A stretch of 64,000 nt of DNA from Candidatus Zhuqueibacterota bacterium (GCA_049322915.1 JBMOPW010000032.1:64001-128000); one strand, 5' to 3'; shown: positions 27,258 to 37,664, numbered from the stretch's first letter. A program made the numbers and translations. Notes: generated by a model from the sequence alone, not told the origin.

Positions 27258-28955
27258 TTATGGCGCCATTTTATTGACCTGTAAATTTTTCTCCTGCTTG
27301 AATTGGAGAACGACTGTCCGATTGATTCGCGTTACCGTCACTTTTTTCGATGGAGACGATTTGGCTTGGCCCCGCAATGATTTGATTGATAAGTCGCAGG
27401 TATACTCACCAGCGGGAACCAGTTCGCCCCAGTTGTCTTTCCAATCCCATAGCAGTTGCTCGGGCAGCTTCTCCGTTCCCCGAATTGTGCGAATGGTTTT
27501 ATTGTGACTGTTTTTAATTTCCAGGGTCCACTCTTTGACCTGCCGCACACGGCCGCTCACCATCGGTGAGATAGAAAGATGTTCGTGCGAACAGCGGGGC
27601 TTGCTGTGCGACTGATTCTCCTGGCCGGAGTAAAAGCCTGTCAGACTGACTGTCCCGGTGGAGTTGAGCGAGGCCACGCCAACCCGGTCGCCGGAGACGA
27701 TTCCGTTCTTTTGCAGATAAGATTTCAAAGCTCGCGCATCTTCCATTGAGGATTCTTCTGTTTGAAGAATGAGGCTCAGGCCGGGATGTTGTTTCAATTT
27801 ATTCCGAATTTCAATTCCTAATTTGACGTGTCGTTCCTGGCGAATTTTTAGAGTCTCGGAAGGACTCAATGGGCCGGTCGGGACGATGAGCAGATTTCGA
27901 AATGCGCCATCAGTTTTCAGATACTCCGGCGCTAACTCTGCAATGTGTTCTAATTGAGAAGGATACAGATCCGCCGGCATGCTTCGCACCACCTTCTCCT
28001 CGAAAATTTGCATGAACGGGGTCGAGAGAAGCAATTCCGGCTCACCGATATCCGGTCCCCGATCGAAGATATGCGTGTAAATGGCCTCGTGAGAACCCAT
28101 GGAAACAGCGGCCATATTCTGGCGGGGTAAATCTAAACCGTATTGAAGTTTGTTGTTTTCCGAAAGGCTGAACTGAATTTCCATTTTAAAGGGCATGGTA
28201 TTTTCAAATGACAATTGCACAAGTCCCCAGCCTTCGCGCTGGAGCGAAACAGCCAGACCATAATGCACATTCATTCCGTCATTTTGCAGAAGCACGGTCG
28301 GGGTAATATAACCGAAGCTGTAACCGACTGCTGCGGAGATTTCCCGCAGTAGCGGCGCCGCAGTCTGATAACCCATGTCCGGCTGATTTACATGGTTGAC
28401 GCCTATGCCGATGCTCCAATTGCCGGGATTCCAAAATGCGCCCATGCCGAAATTAAGGCCATTTTTACCCAGGCTGCCGGCGAGCAACGGATCGATTGCA
28501 TGCGCCTCGGAAAAATTGTCGCGGGAAAAACCAAATCTTACCAGACCAATTTTCAGTCCAACACCCAACTGGGATGCAATTTTCCGACTGACGAGAAGCG
28601 AGCTGTTCAATTCCGAATAAATGCCAGCCGAATAGTATCGCAGATCAGCGCCCAGCCCCAGTTCCAGCGGCAGTAAAAACGGAAAACTAACGCTGACATG
28701 ACTTTCGTTGATGCCGAAAGAGTTATCCGGCACAAAACCAATGTGAAATGAGCGTATTCCGAGAGAGACCTGACCATATTGAAATGAAACCATGGCCGGA
28801 TTCACTTCCGAAATCCAGGGATGGGATTTTCCAACGACATTGTTAATGTCGTAGGTTTGCGCATCGACAGCGGTGTTCAGGATTGCAGTGAGCATGAACA
28901 GAGCGAAGCATGCAACAAGGGCAAACTTTATCATTGTTAATTTCTTATTCAGCAT
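27258..28955 (-). CDS. PorP/SprF-family outer membrane barrel fused to a degenerate OmpA-like region and a FlgD-like Ig domain
   Basis: NPA; DPLL; GIGVNHVNQP; YGLD..GSHE..F; then LKQHP..ARALKSYL..GI; then WTLEI..WDWKD..GELVPAGEY. Confidence 0.75.
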   Translation of the reverse strand: MLNKKLTMIKFALVACFALFMLTAILNTAVDAQTYDINNVVGKSHPWISEVNPAMVSFQYGQVSLGIRSFHIGFVPDNSFGINESHVSVSFPFLLPLELGLGADLRYYSAGIYSELNSSLLVSRKIASQLGVGLKIGLVRFGFSRDNFSEAHAIDPLLAGSLGKNGLNFGMGAFWNPGNWSIGIGVNHVNQPDMGYQTAAPLLREISAAVGYSFGYITPTVLLQNDGMNVHYGLAVSLQREGWGLVQLSFENTMPFKMEIQFSLSENNKLQYGLDLPRQNMAAVSMGSHEAIYTHIFDRGPDIGEPELLLSTPFMQIFEEKVVRSMPADLYPSQLEHIAELAPEYLKTDGAFRNLLIVPTGPLSPSETLKIRQERHVKLGIEIRNKLKQHPGLSLILQTEESSMEDARALKSYLQKNGIVSGDRVGVASLNSTGTVSLTGFYSGQENQSHSKPRCSHEHLSISPMVSGRVRQVKEWTLEIKNSHNKTIRTIRGTEKLPEQLLWDWKDNWGELVPAGEYTCDLSIKSLRGQAKSSPSKKVTVTRINRTVVLQFKQEKNLQVNKMAP

Positions 28956-29462
28956 GGTGGTCTCGTCGTTTTGGATGAAATCCCTGCATTTCTTCTTGTA
29001 CTTTCGAGCGGCTTGTTTCAGGGGAAGGCTCACTCGTTTTGGTACTGTCTCAGGCAAGAAGAATACCAGTTTATGCTGTTGTCTATTTAAGTATACAAAA
29101 TTTTTGCTGGTTGCCAGATTGGGATGTGGATTAAATCATCATTTTTAGTGAATTATGAACTGATAGAATTTTCAAGAAAAATGGAGGTCTGAATCAGCAT
29201 GAGGAAAAATAATCCGGGCTTGTGGTGTTCCAAAACCTATTTTGGTAAACAAGTTTGAAATTTGAATTACAAAAAAGGAAAAATATTGGGAGAGTTTTTG
29301 GTTGGAAAATAATTTATTGCGGACAAACCATAGTGAGAGCGACCTGAGTATGGGGAAGCGCTCCGTTCGAACAGCTTGAAAGCGTTTCTCCGCTGCTGGC
29401 AAAGACGCTGATTTGGCTAGTGAGAGTCCTGATTCGATGGGGTGCATCGAGGTTTCGCCGAT

Positions 29463-29501
29463 AAAAAAAACGCTCCCTGGTATTCGACCGGGAGCGTTTT
29501 T
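29463..29501. terminator. Terminator after the M14 peptidase pair
   Basis: AAAAACGCTCCC..GGGAGCGTTTTT inverted repeat with A/T tracts. Confidence 0.75.
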
Positions 29502-29521
29502 GATACTATTAAGTTGGGCGA

Positions 29522-31333
29522 TTATTTCAACACAATCTCTTTTTGATGAACTCCGCCCTTTTGACAATCCAATTTCACCTGAACCTTTCCGCCGCCCTCG
29601 ACGAGAAATTCATACTGGACTTCGGCGTTGCCGGGTATGCCCCGTGTGAGCTTCAGGTTTTTCAGATCCTTTTGATCGATAAGGGTCACATCGCTATCCT
29701 CAGCTTCGAGAAAGTAACGCCGAAATTGAGCCGGTACACTGCTGAATCGCGAGGCCTTATTGAGGCCGGCGGCCATAACTTTCACGTTTCCATCGATGGA
29801 TAGCTGATCCGGTCGCTGCACTTTTCGCTCGATGGCGGCCGCGGACATGGTGGGCATGAGCCGCTCGTTGTAAATGCTCACGTTCAGTTTGAAAAGATTG
29901 TTCGCCAATTTTTCGTAACTCAATTCTTTGATAACTGGCAGAGGCATTTCATACGCATGCAGCAGGCAGAAAGCCATGTTGCGGTGGCATAGCTCCTCCA
30001 GCAGCCAGGTGGGCGGCACGCGACCGCTCAGCTTGGTCTCGTCGCGATCGATCGTCACTTTTCCTAACTGCGGGTGATTGATGTCGTGCATTGGAATAAA
30101 TATATTTTGCATGTCAATATATTTGTCGAAAAATTCTCGCTCCTCCTGAGTGTCCTCGCCATTGTTGTCGAAATCAGCGCGGGATGTCCACAACTCGTTG
30201 GAATAGGAATAAATGCCAAGCAGGTCATGGGTGAAATCAATGAATCCACCCCAGACGGAATAGAGTCCGCTCCAGATGACGATGTAGCGGTACTTGTCAA
30301 TAATTTTTTCACCCTTCTTGCCAATTTCATCATAGACTGAGACATCGGCGCGTTGATACTCGCCGTGCAATTCAACGCCCGGGCCTCGTAGAATCATCCC
30401 GCCGGAATTGTGAAACGCCTGCACCCCGGCGATGTTGGGATGCGAATACAGAAAATCGCGGGTGCGCTGCGATTCGATCCAGGTGAATGGATAATCACCG
30501 GCGCCTCCCTGAATCGATTTCGGTTGCCAGAATGAAGCGAAATCGCGATTGGGATCGTAACCGCCACCGCCATCTTCATTGTATCGCCCATCGCCATCGT
30601 TATCGATACCCTCGGAACCGATAAATTTGTAGTCGCCCACCTCATCTTTTTTACCTTCAATGTTTTTTTGAATGGGCACCAGCCGATCCCCAATATCGCT
30701 CAATCGATGCGTCCCTTGTCCGGGTTGAACCTTCATGAACATGGAGCCGACTTCTCCGTCGTTATCCAGATCCTCCGGGCCATCTTCGTCGTAGAGACCG
30801 TCGTCGTCGCTGTCATATGGATATTGCCCGGAACGCGCCGATGCGCCGTTGTGCAGCCACAGGTCTCTCCCATCGGGATTGACAGATGGAAAAATGTAAA
30901 ACACCCGCTGGTCGACCATCTTTTTCACGTATTCGTTATAGGGATAATTTTCCATCAGGTACCAGATGGTATAGAGACAGACCTCGCCGCCCTGAATTTC
31001 GTTGCCATGAATGTTGGCGTCGATGTACATGGCGCTCTTTTTCATTTCATCGCCTGTGTCCGGATTGTTGATGGTCATGTACCACATCTCCCGCCCCTGA
31101 AATGATGTGCCAATGGACCGCAGTTTGAGAAATTTGGGATAGGCCTGTTCCAGTTTTCGAAGCGCAGCTTCCATCTCTTTCCAATCATGATACCGATTGA
31201 ATTGAAGATCGACGTTTCGTGTTTTCCATGTGCGCGGAAGGTAGTCCTGAGCCGGCAGCGTGGCGGCGCTCATCATCGCCACCATAGCCAGGAGAAGAAT
31301 GCGATGTATAAGATGTGTTGTTTTTAATTTCAT
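29522..31333 (-). CDS. M14 zinc carboxypeptidase (secreted)
   Basis: IHGNE, NPDG, NRDF, AFHN and SNELW motifs; DxDxDG insert. Confidence 0.9.
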   Translation of the reverse strand: MKLKTTHLIHRILLLAMVAMMSAATLPAQDYLPRTWKTRNVDLQFNRYHDWKEMEAALRKLEQAYPKFLKLRSIGTSFQGREMWYMTINNPDTGDEMKKSAMYIDANIHGNEIQGGEVCLYTIWYLMENYPYNEYVKKMVDQRVFYIFPSVNPDGRDLWLHNGASARSGQYPYDSDDDGLYDEDGPEDLDNDGEVGSMFMKVQPGQGTHRLSDIGDRLVPIQKNIEGKKDEVGDYKFIGSEGIDNDGDGRYNEDGGGGYDPNRDFASFWQPKSIQGGAGDYPFTWIESQRTRDFLYSHPNIAGVQAFHNSGGMILRGPGVELHGEYQRADVSVYDEIGKKGEKIIDKYRYIVIWSGLYSVWGGFIDFTHDLLGIYSYSNELWTSRADFDNNGEDTQEEREFFDKYIDMQNIFIPMHDINHPQLGKVTIDRDETKLSGRVPPTWLLEELCHRNMAFCLLHAYEMPLPVIKELSYEKLANNLFKLNVSIYNERLMPTMSAAAIERKVQRPDQLSIDGNVKVMAAGLNKASRFSSVPAQFRRYFLEAEDSDVTLIDQKDLKNLKLTRGIPGNAEVQYEFLVEGGGKVQVKLDCQKGGVHQKEIVLK

Positions 31334-31398
31334 GTTATTATTCCTCCAGATGGTGTAGACAGATAAAAGTTACCGATGATTTTGACCCAACGGATTGG

Positions 31399-33318
31399 TT
31401 ATGGTAGCTTCACCGTTGTCTGAAATTCTCCGCCACCCTGGCGAGCCCAAAGCGCGATATCAACTTTCTGGCCCGGCGGAGAAATGATAATCCACGTGTA
31501 TTCTTTTTCAGCGCCGGCTTCCAGATTGTTCAGATCGTATCGTTTCTGGCCTCCGAAAAGTTTCATGTCCTTTTCGTTTTCGAATTTCAATCGGGTCACA
31601 ATCGGATACAGGTTTCGACTCTTCTGCCCCATCTCCGTCGCGTAAGGAAATTTTCCAGTGTTGCGAAGGGTGACCTTCACTTCGTACAGGTTAGTGGATA
31701 ATTTCCTGGTTTGCGGCGCATCCATTTTTATTTCAGCAAACTGGGATGCGAGATACAGCGCGAATTTGGTGTGACTCTGACAGAGGGAATCGATGAGAGC
31801 GGAAGGGGCGTTTGTTCGGATGTACGGATAGAACCCGCCAATTTCCACGTCGCCAAGCTGCTGATGCTGAAATGTTTTCCACGGCAGGAAGCCAATGCCA
31901 TTGTTCTTCTCATCGACCCATTTCAGCCATCGCTGGTCAGTTCCGCTCGCATCGGCTTTTTCGCCTTCCGCGCCGGCCGGGCGCGCGCCGGGGAAGGTGC
32001 GCATGCCACCGCGTCGACCCGAGGGTCGCTGCTGTTCAGCGTCGGAATTTTCGCCGTCGCTTCCTTTAGGTTCAGGCTTGTCGTTTTTCTCGTTTCGCAG
32101 TGACCACAAATTGCACGAAAAAGCCGGTACGCCATATTGAAAATACGCCCACTCCAGCATGGAACCGAATGGCTTGTCCGACACCGCAGTTTCAATTTTG
32201 GTCAGCTCTTTGTATTTCTTACTGACCTGATTGAACAGTGGCAGGTCTTTGTCATCGGTCTTCTGCGGCTGAGGATCCTGGGCCCGGGGTCGGGACGTTT
32301 CCTGTTCAGAGCCCCGGCGGCGTCCGAAACGGACGAACATTTGAGACTCTTGTTCATCGGATCTTTTTACTTCGGCAAACGAGGCTTTGCCGCATTCAAT
32401 GCCGGCCGAGGCTGCTAAATTATCGTATTTTGAAAAAATCAAAACGCTGCAAATGTTCTTGTGCGGCGAAGTTTTCAGCTCTGGTATGTAGCGATTCATG
32501 AAATCAATCACTGCGCGGGTCTCGGCTTCCGACGCCGGGTATATGTTCAATCCTTTTATGTCATAGCCGAAATTGTGGGGGAAATTCCGATTGATGCTCA
32601 TGCCGGCGATACCGTCCTCATTGTATAACTCATCTCCGTCATTGTCAATTCCCTCGGGATAGACGCTGTATAGGCTGTCCATAGGCGTCTCCGGTTTTTT
32701 GGGATTCAAAAGACGGCTGTCTTTGCCGTTCAAAACCCAGGCGCCTTTTTTATCTTTCACCCGCATCCACGTGATGAGCTTGTTCCCGTCCAGGTCTTCC
32801 GGGCCATCTTCATCGAGCTGCCAGTCGTAATCATCGTCGACTTGCTTAATGTTTCCCTGGACATCGGACAATGTTCCGGCAAAGAACATTTCTGCACCGT
32901 CCGGATTGACTCTCGGAATAATGTAAAATGTTCGCGAGTCCAGAATGGCTGTAATTTCCTGATCTGAGCCATAGCCCGCAGCCAGCGTTTTAGCGATGCC
33001 CAGTGCCACTTCGCTGCCGATGACGTGATCCCCTTCCAGATTCCCGCACAGGAGCAGCGCCTGCTTTTGTTCCGGCGCCATGCCTTTTTCGCCGGAGAGT
33101 TGCAGCATCCAGATATCGCGTCCCTGACCCGTCGTTCCAATGGACGAGAGCCGGGTTATTTTGGAATAGCGCGTTGACAGCTCTTTCAGCGCCTGAGTTA
33201 GCTCTTTGTAATTGTGATACCCTGCCGATGGCGCATAACTGTCATTCGCTGCTAAGGATGTGAACGAAGTGAGCGCGAGAATGAAACAGGTGAGAATGCA
33301 TGTTAAAATCAGTTTCAT
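31399..33318 (-). CDS. M14 carboxypeptidase homolog, probably catalytically altered or inactive
   Basis: NPDG and NRNF retained, but HxxE is EGDH, the third Zn His is absent (IFSKY) and the catalytic Glu position is Asn (SCNLW). Confidence 0.82.
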   Translation of the reverse strand: MKLILTCILTCFILALTSFTSLAANDSYAPSAGYHNYKELTQALKELSTRYSKITRLSSIGTTGQGRDIWMLQLSGEKGMAPEQKQALLLCGNLEGDHVIGSEVALGIAKTLAAGYGSDQEITAILDSRTFYIIPRVNPDGAEMFFAGTLSDVQGNIKQVDDDYDWQLDEDGPEDLDGNKLITWMRVKDKKGAWVLNGKDSRLLNPKKPETPMDSLYSVYPEGIDNDGDELYNEDGIAGMSINRNFPHNFGYDIKGLNIYPASEAETRAVIDFMNRYIPELKTSPHKNICSVLIFSKYDNLAASAGIECGKASFAEVKRSDEQESQMFVRFGRRRGSEQETSRPRAQDPQPQKTDDKDLPLFNQVSKKYKELTKIETAVSDKPFGSMLEWAYFQYGVPAFSCNLWSLRNEKNDKPEPKGSDGENSDAEQQRPSGRRGGMRTFPGARPAGAEGEKADASGTDQRWLKWVDEKNNGIGFLPWKTFQHQQLGDVEIGGFYPYIRTNAPSALIDSLCQSHTKFALYLASQFAEIKMDAPQTRKLSTNLYEVKVTLRNTGKFPYATEMGQKSRNLYPIVTRLKFENEKDMKLFGGQKRYDLNNLEAGAEKEYTWIIISPPGQKVDIALWARQGGGEFQTTVKLP

Positions 33319-33497
33319 ACCGATGCCTCCATTTATAATGAAGTGTGAATGAGGATTTAATCCATGATAAAAGATAAAACGTGATTCTATGAAAAACAAG
33401 CGATATCTATTTGTCTCTGCGCAGGATGCACGTCAGGAAGAGCCGGAACATGGATGCATGAAAAATTGATATAACGAGTTGTTTCAGCGAGAGGGGA

Positions 33498-34217
33498 TTA
33501 GCATTTGGTCACGCGATTGGTCTCTGATTCGATTTGGTAAATATCACGATTCTCCAGAGGAACCCAGGGCTGTTCTTTGAAATGCGGCAGCACTTCAGAG
33601 CTGAAAATGGTGAAATCCGGCCCGGTCAGCATTTTCATGCGGTAGTAATTCGGATTGACTGACCACCAATTGGCGATGAAAGAAGTCTGCCCGTTAGAGA
33701 GCATGAAATTCGCGCTCGTGAAATCGTTCAGGCCGTCCAGTTTCCTCCTGAGATGCGATGCCTCAATTTCGTTTTTGAATGAAGAAAGCAGATAGTAAAA
33801 AAAACGCTCCGAGTCCGTCGTGCCCTGGATTTTTAAAGACGCATCGAAAGTAAGTTCATCGCGCACAGTGCCGTTATGAAAAAACATGTGGCGATGGCGT
33901 CGAATTTCGGCCTCGAACGGATGCACATTCTGCAACACAACGTTCCCGCGCGATGCGCGTCGGGCGTGAAGCATGATGAGTCTGGAATTCACGCTTCGGA
34001 ATTGGTCAATACGGGGATCGGTGTAAATTGGTTCGATGGAACGAAATGCTTTCAACGTGTTGTCTGCAAGAAAGCAAATCCCCCAGCCATCTCTGTGGGT
34101 GAATTGTTTGGATTCATTTTCTTCATGTCGCTCGTTTTGGTCGGACGCCATAACAATCATATCATCAATCAGCCAGTTGACGTCGACTGGCCCGAGACTG
34201 AACATCATTCGGCACAT
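33498..34217 (-). CDS. Class II glutamine amidotransferase (YafJ/EgtC-like)
   Basis: MCR N-terminus; HRDGWG, HARRAS, NVHPF, HNGT and TDSE motifs. Confidence 0.9.
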   Translation of the reverse strand: MCRMMFSLGPVDVNWLIDDMIVMASDQNERHEENESKQFTHRDGWGICFLADNTLKAFRSIEPIYTDPRIDQFRSVNSRLIMLHARRASRGNVVLQNVHPFEAEIRRHRHMFFHNGTVRDELTFDASLKIQGTTDSERFFYYLLSSFKNEIEASHLRRKLDGLNDFTSANFMLSNGQTSFIANWWSVNPNYYRMKMLTGPDFTIFSSEVLPHFKEQPWVPLENRDIYQIESETNRVTKC

Positions 34218-34227
34218 GGAATTTCCC

Positions 34228-37086
34228 TCATTTTACGCATACCAGTTTACGAATGGTCTGGCGGCCTTCACTATTCAGAGAATAGAGATAAACGCCGCTG
34301 GCGACAGGGCGCTGCCGGGTGTCGGTGCCGTCCCACCTGACTTCGTAGACTCCAGCGGACTGTTTGCAATCGACCAGGGTTTTGATAAGCTGACCGCGCG
34401 TATTGAAAATTTTTATCACCGTATGGACAGGCTCCGTCTGATCCACGGAGTAGCGAATGACCGTGCTGGCGTTGAACGGATTGGGATAGTTTTGGAATAA
34501 ATGAATTCCGCCGGGCGTGGTCTCGGATACGTCAGCCACCCGGTCGATGATGCCGGAACCCGGCGAAGCCAATCGTCGATCAGTGTAAATATGAAATTCT
34601 CCGGGATTCAGGCTGATGGGATCGCTGATGTTGCTGACTGTGAGGCTGTCACCGTAAAAATAATCGTACCAGACGCCGGTGCGTTGAAATTGAGGATTGG
34701 CCGCGGCTGCGGTCACTCCGAAATTGCCGATGATTGAGACGCTCATGGTTTGGTGGGTGATATTGATTCGCTTGATCGAGCCGCCGACAGCCAGCGCCAC
34801 CTGGGATTCAGGACTGGTGAATGCTTCGTTTTCCTTTCGAAGATGGATTAAAGCGGCAAAGGTTTTGTAGAGATTCTGACGATCCGAATCCTGGTAATAA
34901 TCCCAGCGAATCGGTTTATTGCCCAGCCGTCCATTGTATTCGATTGAAAAATCATAGCCCAGTTCGCCGAATTGCCAGATCATTTTCGGCCCTGGCAATG
35001 TGAAGAAAAACGCCCCCGCCAGTTTCATTCGGTTCAAAGCGGTGGGCAGTTCTTTGATTGAATAACTGCCGGAACTATTGCCATATTCCAAATTTTTATA
35101 CATGAGCCGCTCTTCGTCGTGGCTTTCCATGTAGGTGACAAGGTGCGGCGCTGACCAGTCGCGCGTGTCATAAAATCCCCAGGAAAAATCGGATTTGCCT
35201 GAATCGTGATAGCCCATTGTTGCTTCATTGTAGTTATGATTGGAATTGCCCCACAGCATCATGCCATAGCCGGCCAGCTCTTTCTCCTCGCTGTTCTCGG
35301 CGAAATGCTCCAAAATGACGTAAGCTGTGGAATCGACAGCCCATATCTGATCGGCCATTCGTTTTAGAATGGCAATTCGGGACGCATCGTATTGGCTGGC
35401 GAGCGATTCGTTATAGCTGCCATTTCCAATATAGCTCACCCGCTGCGTGAATCCTTTGGTGAGGTCGAATCGGAACCCATCGATTCGGAATTCCTCCAGC
35501 CAGTATCGATTCACGCGATCAACGTACTGCTTTGTGGAATAGCTTTCATGGTTGAAATCATAGCCGACATTGTAAGGATGCCGGGCCTGGTACCCGCCGT
35601 AGTTGAGATCATAATCGGCATTGTACCAGATATTATCGGATGAAGGAGGTCCGTTGTTTCCCTCACTGAACAGCCTCACCAGCGGCGCCTGTCCGAACGA
35701 ATGATTGAGGACAATGTCCAGAATCACGGCAATGCCGCGCTGATGGCAGGCATCGACAAAGCGTTTGAGCTCATTCTTTGGTCCATAATATTTATCCGTG
35801 GCGAAGTTCAGAGAGGTATTATAGCCCCAGCTTTCGTTCCCCTCAAATTCGGCAACAGGCATCAGTTCGATGGCGGACACCCCTAAACGCTGGAAATAGT
35901 CCAATGAGTCGATGAGGGTTTTGTAATCATGCTCCGCTAAAAAATCCCGAATGAGCATTTCGTAAATGACCAGACCTGATATTTCGGGCCGGTCGAAATC
36001 GTCGGTCTGCCACTGGTATTCGTCCTGATTGATTTGAAAAACAGACGCGATTTCAGTCGTTTTGCCGTAGGGATAAGCCATCAGCCCCGGGTAGGTCGCG
36101 TCGGTAATATACGAATCATACGAAGGATCCAGCACTTTTTCGGAATAAGGGTCGGCGATGCGTGTTTCGCCATCGACTAAATATTGGAAAGCATATTCTT
36201 TGTCCGGATCGAGGTCTGTCAGCGTCAGCCAATAGCGTTGCCGGTCCGGGGTCTGATACATGAAATGGGCCGGATCTGCCAGCCAGTTATTGAAATCGCC
36301 AATGACGTATGCGAATTTTTTGGTGTAGGGCGCGTGCAGCACCAACGTGACAGTGGAATTGTCCACGTAGTTAATGCCATCTCCCACTCCGGCCGGCAAC
36401 GGCTTCAATTCCGGTGAAGCGCCCTGGTAGGCAAACGTGACTGAGTCTGCGTAGACGCCGCCGTTTTTCGTCCCGATATTCAGCGCCACAGTGTGACTTC
36501 CGTTGGCGAGTTCCGGCAGGGTGAATTTCAGAAGCGACAAATCAGCGATGTAATAATTTTCCATCGTCGCGATGATTTCACCGTTCAAAGAAATTGTCGA
36601 CTGGCTCAACAGAAGTGTATCATTCTCAGCGACGAAAATGCCGGCGATCAGGTCAGGATTTTTTTCCGACAGCACCGATCCGTTTTTAGGCAGGATTTCG
36701 AAAATCATGATTTCGGTAACTTCAAGGATTGAATTGAAGTACCCGCCGGATTCGATCATCGGATTCAATGGATCGGAAAGCCACTGGTTGGATGTCCCGC
36801 TCTCATTGAAATGCTCATGAAATTTGTAGAGCTGTGTTTCTCCAACAGGCAACCGATAGCTTTTTACCCAGCATTGAAGCGAATCAATATAGGTCATCAG
36901 CGAAGGGGCGGTTGGCGCAATGACTCCGCTGCTGTTAGGCCCCCAATTGTTGAACGCCCCGGGCACAAATGCCCGGACAACATCCGGCTTGGTGGGATAA
37001 TGCCGAAATGTGATCTGGATAAATTCCTGGGCCCGGGATTGGGCAATGAGAATGAGGACACAGATGGCCATGAACACATTTTTCAT
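34228..37086 (-). CDS. GH13 alpha-amylase family protein with CBM48-like domain and T9SS type-A/FlgD-like C-terminus
   Basis: GFRFDLTKG, ILEHF and ESHDEER catalytic regions; IGDFNNW; C-terminal QNYPNPFN..WDG..SGVYLY. Confidence 0.9.
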   Translation of the reverse strand: MKNVFMAICVLILIAQSRAQEFIQITFRHYPTKPDVVRAFVPGAFNNWGPNSSGVIAPTAPSLMTYIDSLQCWVKSYRLPVGETQLYKFHEHFNESGTSNQWLSDPLNPMIESGGYFNSILEVTEIMIFEILPKNGSVLSEKNPDLIAGIFVAENDTLLLSQSTISLNGEIIATMENYYIADLSLLKFTLPELANGSHTVALNIGTKNGGVYADSVTFAYQGASPELKPLPAGVGDGINYVDNSTVTLVLHAPYTKKFAYVIGDFNNWLADPAHFMYQTPDRQRYWLTLTDLDPDKEYAFQYLVDGETRIADPYSEKVLDPSYDSYITDATYPGLMAYPYGKTTEIASVFQINQDEYQWQTDDFDRPEISGLVIYEMLIRDFLAEHDYKTLIDSLDYFQRLGVSAIELMPVAEFEGNESWGYNTSLNFATDKYYGPKNELKRFVDACHQRGIAVILDIVLNHSFGQAPLVRLFSEGNNGPPSSDNIWYNADYDLNYGGYQARHPYNVGYDFNHESYSTKQYVDRVNRYWLEEFRIDGFRFDLTKGFTQRVSYIGNGSYNESLASQYDASRIAILKRMADQIWAVDSTAYVILEHFAENSEEKELAGYGMMLWGNSNHNYNEATMGYHDSGKSDFSWGFYDTRDWSAPHLVTYMESHDEERLMYKNLEYGNSSGSYSIKELPTALNRMKLAGAFFFTLPGPKMIWQFGELGYDFSIEYNGRLGNKPIRWDYYQDSDRQNLYKTFAALIHLRKENEAFTSPESQVALAVGGSIKRINITHQTMSVSIIGNFGVTAAAANPQFQRTGVWYDYFYGDSLTVSNISDPISLNPGEFHIYTDRRLASPGSGIIDRVADVSETTPGGIHLFQNYPNPFNASTVIRYSVDQTEPVHTVIKIFNTRGQLIKTLVDCKQSAGVYEVRWDGTDTRQRPVASGVYLYSLNSEGRQTIRKLVCVK

Positions 37087-37138
37087 GCAGTGATTCCTTT
37101 TTCTTATGTGGGTGAAAAGCGCCCTGACTGTGACTGGC

Positions 37139-37630
37139 TCAGCGAGACTCGAGCTTTTTTCTCGTATAATCCAGCAGACCTCCTGCGTCGCGAATGGCTA
37201 AAATTTCCGGCGGCAATGTGGGGAACGTGAATTGCCGGGAGCCAATGGCAATGACGCCCTTTTCCAGATTCAATTCCACGGCATCCCCCTGGCGGAACGC
37301 GTCAATTGCATCCGGGCATTCGATGAGAAGCAGGCCCTGGTTGATGGCTGCGCGATAGAAAATGCGGGCATAGCTTTTGGCAACGACCGCCTTGATCCCC
37401 ACAGCGCGCAAGCCCAATGCCGGCTGCTCCCTTGAACTGCCGCACCCGAAGTTGCTGCCGGCGAAAATAATATCGCCCGGCTTCACCTGCGAGGCAAAAT
37501 TGGGATCGAGATCCTCCAGCAAATGCGGTTTGATTTCCTCGGCCGTGCTGCACGTGTATGTGTATTTCCCCGGAAAAAGCATATCAGTATTGATATCATT
37601 TCCGTAGTACCAGACTTTGTGTGCTGACAT
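37139..37630 (-). CDS. 3-isopropylmalate dehydratase/homoaconitase family small subunit
   Basis: DINTD, NFGCGSSRE and SYARIFYR motifs. Confidence 0.9.
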   Translation of the reverse strand: MSAHKVWYYGNDINTDMLFPGKYTYTCSTAEEIKPHLLEDLDPNFASQVKPGDIIFAGSNFGCGSSREQPALGLRAVGIKAVVAKSYARIFYRAAINQGLLLIECPDAIDAFRQGDAVELNLEKGVIAIGSRQFTFPTLPPEILAIRDAGGLLDYTRKKLESR

Positions 37631-37664
37631 ATTTTTCCTCGTAATATTTTATAGAAAATGTTAT

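Noticed and set aside
29172..29460. 131-aa ORF and weak sigma54-like site upstream of the porP fusion
   Set aside because: The ORF crosses a terminator and has no motifs; the site has AAGC instead of TTGC
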